Assembly: GCA_964474445.1 (NCBI GenBank)
Contig: CAYYSJ010000001.1
Span: 142,530-206,529, forward strand
DNA from: an uncultured Gammaproteobacteria bacterium
Lineage (GTDB): Bacteria; Patescibacteriota; Microgenomatia; Levybacterales; UBA12049
Length of the DNA stretch: 64,000 nt
Reading direction: 5' to 3'
Below the pieces are notes generated by a model, which saw only the letters and a program-made list of their open reading frames with translations, was not told the origin of the DNA and did no database searches. Every line of letters begins with the position of its first letter. Position 1 is the stretch's first letter. Positions 58,375-64,000 of the stretch are shown in pieces. A program made the position numbers and the translations under genes.

Positions 58375-60153
58375 TTGCAACTCATGACTAATACAGAAAT
58401 TGCTCAACTTCTTCGTAATGTTGCCGCCGCTTTTACGATAAAAGACGAACGGAAATATCATTTTCAAATTGTTGCCTATCAAAGAGCTGCGGATGCAATT
58501 GCAAATTCAACAGCGCAGATTGTTGACTTGGTACGAGAAAATAAATTGGGAGAAATTCCAGGCGTTGGAACCTCTATTCAACAGCATTTAACTGAACTTG
58601 TGCAGAAAGGATCGGTGAAACATTTTGACATGATTATGAAAGATGTTCCTCCAGCTGTCTTTCCACTTCTCGCAGTTCCCTCATTTGGACCCAAAAAAGC
58701 ATATAAAGTAGTAACGACCTTTAGCTTAAAAGATCCAGCAACTGTTATTGAAGATGTAAAAAAAATAGCAGCAGAGGGGAAAATTGCAGACTTACCTGGA
58801 TTTGGGGAAAAGTCACAAAGTGATATGATTCGCGCAGTTGAGGAGTTTCATAAAGGTGCGGGCAAAACAACTCGTATGCTCCTTCCTTTTGCCACAGAAC
58901 TTGCAGAAAAATTAGTAGCGTATTTGAAGGAATCTCCCGATGTTGTAGATGCCCAACCATTGGGAAGTCTTAGACGAAAATCTCCTACTGTTGGTGATGT
59001 TGATATCGCAGTTGCGACAAAAAACCCAGAAGCAGTCCTCAAACATTTTGTTTCCTATCCATATAAAGATAGAGTCATTGAACAAGGGCCAACCACCTCA
59101 TCTATTCTCACCTCTGGGGGACATCAGGTAGATCTTATGACACAACCAGCAGAAGCGTGGGGATCGTTACTCCAGCATTTTACTGGTAGCAAACATCACA
59201 ATGTCCACTTGCGAGATTTTGCGTTAAAAAAAGGTTTGTCGCTGTCTGAATATGGCATCAAACACCTCAAATCAGAGTCAGAAGAACGGGAAAAATTCAC
59301 GAGTGAAGAAAAGTTTTATCATGCAATAGGACTTGACTGGATCCCTCCAGAACTTCGGGAAGATACAGGGGAGATAGAAGCAGCAGCACGTCATCAACTT
59401 CCTTCCCTCGTTGAAGAACAAGACATAAAAGGGGATCTGCACATCCATTCAAGCTATCCCATAGAACCAAGCCATGACATGGGTGCAGATACCATGCAGG
59501 CAATGCTTGATGTTGCAAAACAAATGGGGTATGAGTACTTAGGGTTTTCAGAACACAATCCCAGTGTCTCCAAACATACCCCTTCTCAAATTCTTTCAAT
59601 CTTGAAGCAGCGTGCAGAAAGAATTGAACAAATAAAAGAGAGTAATAAAAATATGCGAGTAATTAATTTGCTCGAAACAGATATTCTAGCCTCAGGAGAG
59701 CTTGCCATCAATGACGATGCACTTGAAACACTGGATGCCACGCTTGTCTCTATTCATAGCTCATTTGGACTTGACCAAAAACAAATGACAGAAAGAATTT
59801 TACAGGGACTCTCTCATCCGAAAGCAAAAATACTTTCCCATCCAACAGGAAGATTAATTAATGAAAGAAACGGCTACTCACTCGACTGGGAAAAAATCTT
59901 TACATTTTGTGTTGAACATAATAAAGCACTTGAAATTAATGCATGGCCTGAACGAACAGACTTGCCTGACACGCTTATACGAGAAGCAAAGAAATACGGT
60001 GTGCATTTTGTTATTGATACTGATAGTCATGCAAGTGCCCATATGAAATTAATGCGATATGGCGTCTGGAATGCAAGACGCGGCTGGGCAACAAAAGATG
60101 ATATTTTAAACACTTTGCCGTATAATAAGTTTATTGCTTGGCTTAAAAGCTGA
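58375..60153 (+). CDS. polX: DNA polymerase X family protein (Pol-beta-like polymerase domain plus C-terminal PHP phosphoesterase domain)
   Basis: N-terminal HhH/8-kDa and NTase region (GSLRRKSPTVGDVDIAV). C-terminal PHP motifs (DLHIHSSYP...EHN...SIHSS...HP). Confidence 0.8.
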   Translation: MQLMTNTEIAQLLRNVAAAFTIKDERKYHFQIVAYQRAADAIANSTAQIVDLVRENKLGEIPGVGTSIQQHLTELVQKGSVKHFDMIMKDVPPAVFPLLAVPSFGPKKAYKVVTTFSLKDPATVIEDVKKIAAEGKIADLPGFGEKSQSDMIRAVEEFHKGAGKTTRMLLPFATELAEKLVAYLKESPDVVDAQPLGSLRRKSPTVGDVDIAVATKNPEAVLKHFVSYPYKDRVIEQGPTTSSILTSGGHQVDLMTQPAEAWGSLLQHFTGSKHHNVHLRDFALKKGLSLSEYGIKHLKSESEEREKFTSEEKFYHAIGLDWIPPELREDTGEIEAAARHQLPSLVEEQDIKGDLHIHSSYPIEPSHDMGADTMQAMLDVAKQMGYEYLGFSEHNPSVSKHTPSQILSILKQRAERIEQIKESNKNMRVINLLETDILASGELAINDDALETLDATLVSIHSSFGLDQKQMTERILQGLSHPKAKILSHPTGRLINERNGYSLDWEKIFTFCVEHNKALEINAWPERTDLPDTLIREAKKYGVHFVIDTDSHASAHMKLMRYGVWNARRGWATKDDILNTLPYNKFIAWLKS

Positions 60154-60209
60154 GCCATCCAGACGTTCAGAGCAGTATGCGATGAACAACTGAAGGAGGT
60201 GAAGAGAAT

Positions 60210-60758
60210 ATGGCACTTTGGATCATTTTAGGAATACTAGTACTTATTGGTCTTTTTGTTTGGGCAACATACAATGGTCTTATTACTGCAAAAGTACGCG
60301 TACAAGAAGCTTTTTCCCACATTGATGTGCAACTTAAAAGACGCACGGATTTAATTCCAAATTTAGTTGAAACAGTCAAAGGATATGCGAAACACGAAAA
60401 AGAAGTTTTGGAAGAAATAACAAAAGCCAGAACAAGTCTTATGAAGGCATCTGGTATTGAAGAAAAAGCAAAAGCAAACAATCAAATTTCTGAAACACTA
60501 AAAAGTCTTTTTGCTGTTGCTGAAAATTACCCAACACTCAAAGCAAATGAGAATTTTTTACAATTACAAGATGAACTTGCTGATACAGAAAATAAAATTG
60601 CATATGCAAGACAATTCTATAACAGCACCGTTCTGGACTTTAACACAAAACTTCAGGTTTTCCCAACAAATATATTTGCGAATATGCTGAAATTTACTCC
60701 AGCAGACTTCTTCGCTGCCACAGAAGAAGAGAAAAAAGAAGTGAAAGTAAAGTTTTGA
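60210..60758 (+). CDS. lemA: LemA family protein
   Basis: N-terminal TM plus [33 protein letters not shown] is the LemA signature. Confidence 0.8.
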   Translation: MALWIILGILVLIGLFVWATYNGLITAKVRVQEAFSHIDVQLKRRTDLIPNLVETVKGYAKHEKEVLEEITKARTSLMKASGIEEKAKANNQISETLKSLFAVAENYPTLKANENFLQLQDELADTENKIAYARQFYNSTVLDFNTKLQVFPTNIFANMLKFTPADFFAATEEEKKEVKVKF

Positions 60759-60861
60759 TAAGGAAACGAGTGATGAGAAACAGTAAGGGTTACAAAAAAC
60801 ATAACCGTATCCTTCTTCTCATAGAGAGGGACATTCATCTTTCAATTTTCACTCGTAACTT

Positions 60862-61770
60862 TTGGCTATGAATATCTATTCTCAAATATCATCAAACAAG
60901 TGGAGGACATGGGTTATCGTTGTCTTATTTATTATCTTTATCACAGCAATAGGTTATGTCTTTGGCAAAGCAACTGGATATGGTCTTTCTTTTGCTGGCA
61001 TTGCCCTTATTCTCGCAGGTATTATGAGTTGGGGTAGTTACTATTTCTCTGATCAACTCGTCATTGCAACAAGCGGCGCACACCCATTGAAAAAATCCGA
61101 TGACCCAGAACTGTTTCATGTTGTTGAAAACCTTGCGATAGGAGACGGACTTCCTATGCCAAAGATATACATGATGGAAGAAGATGCTCCCAATGCGTTT
61201 GCAACAGGGAGAGACCCAAAGCATGGTGTTGTTGTCGTAACACGAGGACTTCGGGAAATGATGACTAGGTCAGAGCTAGAAGGGGTACTGGCACATGAGT
61301 TGTCTCATGTCAAAAATTTTGATACCCGGCTTATGGGTATTGTTGCAATACTCGTTGGATTTGTTGCAATACTTGCAGACATGTTCCTCAGAAATTTGTG
61401 GTGGGGCGGATTCAAAAGAGATAATGACCGTGAAGATAATCAATTGCAAATGATTTTTCTTGTTGTTGGGATCGTTCTTGCTATTCTCTCCCCTATTATT
61501 GCAACACTCATTCAACTTGCCATTTCTCGAAAAAGAGAGTTTTTGGCAGATGCGTCTGCTGCATTGTTAACACGTTACCCAGAAGGACTTGCATCTGCTC
61601 TTGAAAAATTAGCAAAAGATAAAGAGCCAACGCTTGGCGCAACAAATGCAACAGCACACTTATTTATTACCAATCCTTTTGAAGGAAAATCAGTTCGTAC
61701 ATGGTTTGCTGGACTTTTTGATACCCATCCTCCTCTTACAGAACGAATTAAGATATTGCGGTCAATGTAG
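60862..61770 (+). CDS. htpX: zinc metalloprotease HtpX (M48 family)
   Basis: HELSHV zinc motif, four TM helices; the lemA-htpX pairing is a conserved arrangement. Confidence 0.8.
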   Translation: MAMNIYSQISSNKWRTWVIVVLFIIFITAIGYVFGKATGYGLSFAGIALILAGIMSWGSYYFSDQLVIATSGAHPLKKSDDPELFHVVENLAIGDGLPMPKIYMMEEDAPNAFATGRDPKHGVVVVTRGLREMMTRSELEGVLAHELSHVKNFDTRLMGIVAILVGFVAILADMFLRNLWWGGFKRDNDREDNQLQMIFLVVGIVLAILSPIIATLIQLAISRKREFLADASAALLTRYPEGLASALEKLAKDKEPTLGATNATAHLFITNPFEGKSVRTWFAGLFDTHPPLTERIKILRSM

Positions 61771-61791
61771 TATACTTATACTATCTCCCCA

Positions 61792-63126
61792 TTGAGATCA
61801 TTGTTTCAGTCAGCAAATAATGTTATGAATAGTTTCCTTATTAACTCTGCCAAAACAATAAGCACGCTTAGTCGCTTCTTCAATCTTGGAAATGGTTCAA
61901 CCTGGCCTGGTCATATTGCACTCAGTATCAATCCGCATATTATTGAAGATTTGCTTACTCACCCTCAAGCAAAAGTCATCGTCATTGTTGGTACCAATGG
62001 CAAGACAACTACCTCTCGAATGCTGACAACAATATTAAGAGAGAATGGACAACACGTTATCCAAAATACTTCAGGTGCCAATTTAGTCAACGGTATTGCA
62101 TCAACACTGCTTCTGAATACAAATACTCATGGGAAATTAGTTGCTGATTACGCAGTTTTTGAAGTCGATGAGAATAGTTTGCCGCTCCTTTTGAATCACC
62201 TGACTCCTCATATTATTATTGCACTGAACCTTTTTCGTGACCAGCTTGATAGATATGGGGAACTCGATTCAATTGCAAAGAAATGGCATAGTGCATTGAA
62301 AGACCTCCCCTCGACAACAAACGTAATCCTTAATGCAGATGACCCCCTTATTGCATATCTTGCAAAAGATGTTGCCGCTGATGTCCACTATTTTGGACTG
62401 GATCATACAAAAAAAGAACAAAAATCACTTGAGCATGCAGCAGACTCTATTTACTGTCCACAATGTAATAGTAAATTAACATATAAAAAGATTTTTTATT
62501 CACATTTAGGAATCTGGGAATGTCCCCATTGCCATGTGAAAAGGCCACAACCACAAATTTCTGAAAGTTATTATCCATTGCCTGGAACATATAATGAATA
62601 CAATACCCTCGCGGCAGTATTAGCAGCAAAAATACTCGGTATTTCCGACAAGTCCATTGATGCAGCACTCCATACCGTCACCCCTGCCTTTGGTAGACAG
62701 GAAGTGTTACACGTTAAAGGCAAAAAGGTACAGCTTTTTCTTGCAAAAAACCCAACAAGCTTTAATGAGTCTCTCAGGACTATTGCAGATTTAAAAGCAA
62801 AGAATGTTCTCCTTGTCTTAAACGATCGAATTCCAGATGGACGAGATATTTCATGGATTTGGGATATTGATACGGAGCACTTTGTTCATACATTTGAAAA
62901 CATTTTTGTTAGCGGCGACAGAACATATGACATGGCACTTCGCATTCACTATTCTTCCTTAGACCAATCACAGAAAACGTATACCGTCATTGCAGAAGAA
63001 GAGCTACCAAAAGCAATAGAAAAAGCACTAGACCAAACACATCCAAACGATACGCTATATATCCTTCCAACGTATTCAGCAATGCTTGAAGTAAGAAAAA
63101 TTTTAACAGGGAGAAAAATTCTCTAG
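61792..63126 (+). CDS. murT: lipid II isoglutaminyl synthase, Mur-ligase-like subunit MurT
   Basis: Mur ligase P-loop VGTNGKTTTS, four-Cys ribbon (CPQC...CPHC), C-terminal DUF1727-like domain. A gatD-like gene follows directly. Confidence 0.75.
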   Translation: MRSLFQSANNVMNSFLINSAKTISTLSRFFNLGNGSTWPGHIALSINPHIIEDLLTHPQAKVIVIVGTNGKTTTSRMLTTILRENGQHVIQNTSGANLVNGIASTLLLNTNTHGKLVADYAVFEVDENSLPLLLNHLTPHIIIALNLFRDQLDRYGELDSIAKKWHSALKDLPSTTNVILNADDPLIAYLAKDVAADVHYFGLDHTKKEQKSLEHAADSIYCPQCNSKLTYKKIFYSHLGIWECPHCHVKRPQPQISESYYPLPGTYNEYNTLAAVLAAKILGISDKSIDAALHTVTPAFGRQEVLHVKGKKVQLFLAKNPTSFNESLRTIADLKAKNVLLVLNDRIPDGRDISWIWDIDTEHFVHTFENIFVSGDRTYDMALRIHYSSLDQSQKTYTVIAEEELPKAIEKALDQTHPNDTLYILPTYSAMLEVRKILTGRKIL

Positions 63127-63145
63127 AAAGAAAGCAAAAAGTAAG

Positions 63146-63907
63146 ATGAACCAAAAGAATACACAGGCACCATACAAACTTACCATTGGCTGGCTCTACC
63201 CAGAGCTAATGAGTATTTATGGTGATCGAGGAAATATTATTACCCTTACCAGGCGTTGTGAGTGGAGAGGTATTGTAGTTGAAGTGAAACGCTTAGGACT
63301 TGAAAATAGTAGTGAGGATTTTAAACAAGTTGATATGATTTTTATGGGAGGGGCTCAGGATAGACAACAAACAATTGTTGCAACAGATTTAGAAAAGAAA
63401 AAGGCAGTTCTTTTAGAACATATCGAAAGTGGCACACCAGGACTTTATATTTGTGGAGGCTTTCAATTTCTTGGAAAATACTATAAAGAAGCAGATGGAA
63501 CTGTGATAGATCAACTGGGAGTACTTGATGTCTATACAGAAAATCCCGGGGGTGAAAGACTCATTGGGAATATTGCAATTGAAGTAACAGGACTGCCACT
63601 ACACAAAACATTTGTGGGGTTTGAAAACCATGGTGGACGCACAAGACTTGGTAAAGATGTGAAACCACTCGGCAAAGTCATTAAAGGTTTTGGGAGTAAT
63701 GCAGAAGATGGAACAGAAGGAGCTGTGTATAAAAATACTATTGGGACTTATTTCCATGGACCCATTCTCCCCAAGAATCCTGAACTAGCTGATTGGCTTA
63801 TTGAAAAAGCATTAAAAGTAAAATATAAAAAGGATATTCCCCTTTCAGCACTTGACAATCTGCTTTCCGATAAAGCTCGAGATGTGATGTTACAAAGATT
63901 AGGATAA
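63146..63907 (+). CDS. gatD: lipid II isoglutaminyl synthase glutaminase subunit GatD (CobB/CobQ-type GATase)
   Basis: GATase-like with catalytic Cys in LYICGGFQFLGKYY and His in GTYFHGP. Sits immediately downstream of murT. Confidence 0.7.
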   Translation: MNQKNTQAPYKLTIGWLYPELMSIYGDRGNIITLTRRCEWRGIVVEVKRLGLENSSEDFKQVDMIFMGGAQDRQQTIVATDLEKKKAVLLEHIESGTPGLYICGGFQFLGKYYKEADGTVIDQLGVLDVYTENPGGERLIGNIAIEVTGLPLHKTFVGFENHGGRTRLGKDVKPLGKVIKGFGSNAEDGTEGAVYKNTIGTYFHGPILPKNPELADWLIEKALKVKYKKDIPLSALDNLLSDKARDVMLQRLG

Positions 63908-63910
63908 ACT

Positions 63911-64000
63911 ATGAGCACACGTTTTGTTGAAAGAAGGAAAGTTGCAGGGAATGACACTACATTTTTTGAATCAATGGACATTGGTTTATTAGGACGAAAC
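63911..64000 (+). CDS. 5' end of an unidentified CDS (runs off window)
   Basis: ATG at 63911 is preceded by AGGATAA 5 nt upstream. The frame (MSTRFVERRKVAGNDTTFFESMDIGLLGRN) is open to the window end. The product is not identifiable from 30 aa. Confidence 0.3.
   Translation, partial: MSTRFVERRKVAGNDTTFFESMDIGLLGRN

Overview
This 64-kb window is from an AT-rich bacterial chromosome. Genes are small, many proteins are hypothetical, and housekeeping genes are densely packed. The gene content is most consistent with a reduced-genome, Gram-positive-type lineage such as CPR/Patescibacteria; that lineage call is an inference from gene content only. I support about 60 CDS and 5 tRNAs: Lys-CUU, Lys-UUU, Glu-UUC, Gly-CCC and Asp-GUC. 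There are no rRNA genes, no CRISPR array, and no transposase or integrase.

Recognisable blocks:
- Nucleotide-excision-repair and SOS genes are concentrated: uvrC, a transglutaminase-like gene and uvrA form one block. lexA and uvrB are divergent. There is also a Cho-like DnaQ-exonuclease/GIY-YIG fusion and a PolX.
- Canonical lower glycolysis sits at pyk, gpmA and eno.
- A same-strand sugar-phosphate cluster runs phosphohexomutase, IMPase, cupin, PGI/PMI, ppsA and a second, catalytically altered enolase paralog.
- Cell-envelope genes are present: murT and gatD, lemA and htpX, a protein with two LysM domains, an LPXTG-like Pro/Thr-rich protein, secG, and a YvcK-family protein.
- Translation and housekeeping genes are cysS, rplS, pyrG, rsmI and greA.

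Candidates for novel biology, all unproven:
- A compositionally distinct three-gene island beside tRNA-Lys(UUU) encodes three apparent paralogs with Arg-rich C-terminal tails, split by an extremely AT-rich divergent intergenic region.
- A tightly overlapping three-gene cassette encodes a Pol-beta-fold nucleotidyltransferase, a metallophosphoesterase and a HAD hydrolase.
- A DUF1800-DUF1501 single-polypeptide fusion lies downstream of a small zinc-ribbon gene.
- A receiver-less protein with two OmpR-type winged-helix domains is paired with a DUF5996 protein between two tRNAs.
- A divergent enolase paralog that has lost a catalytic Glu and a metal-ligand Asp sits directly downstream of ppsA.
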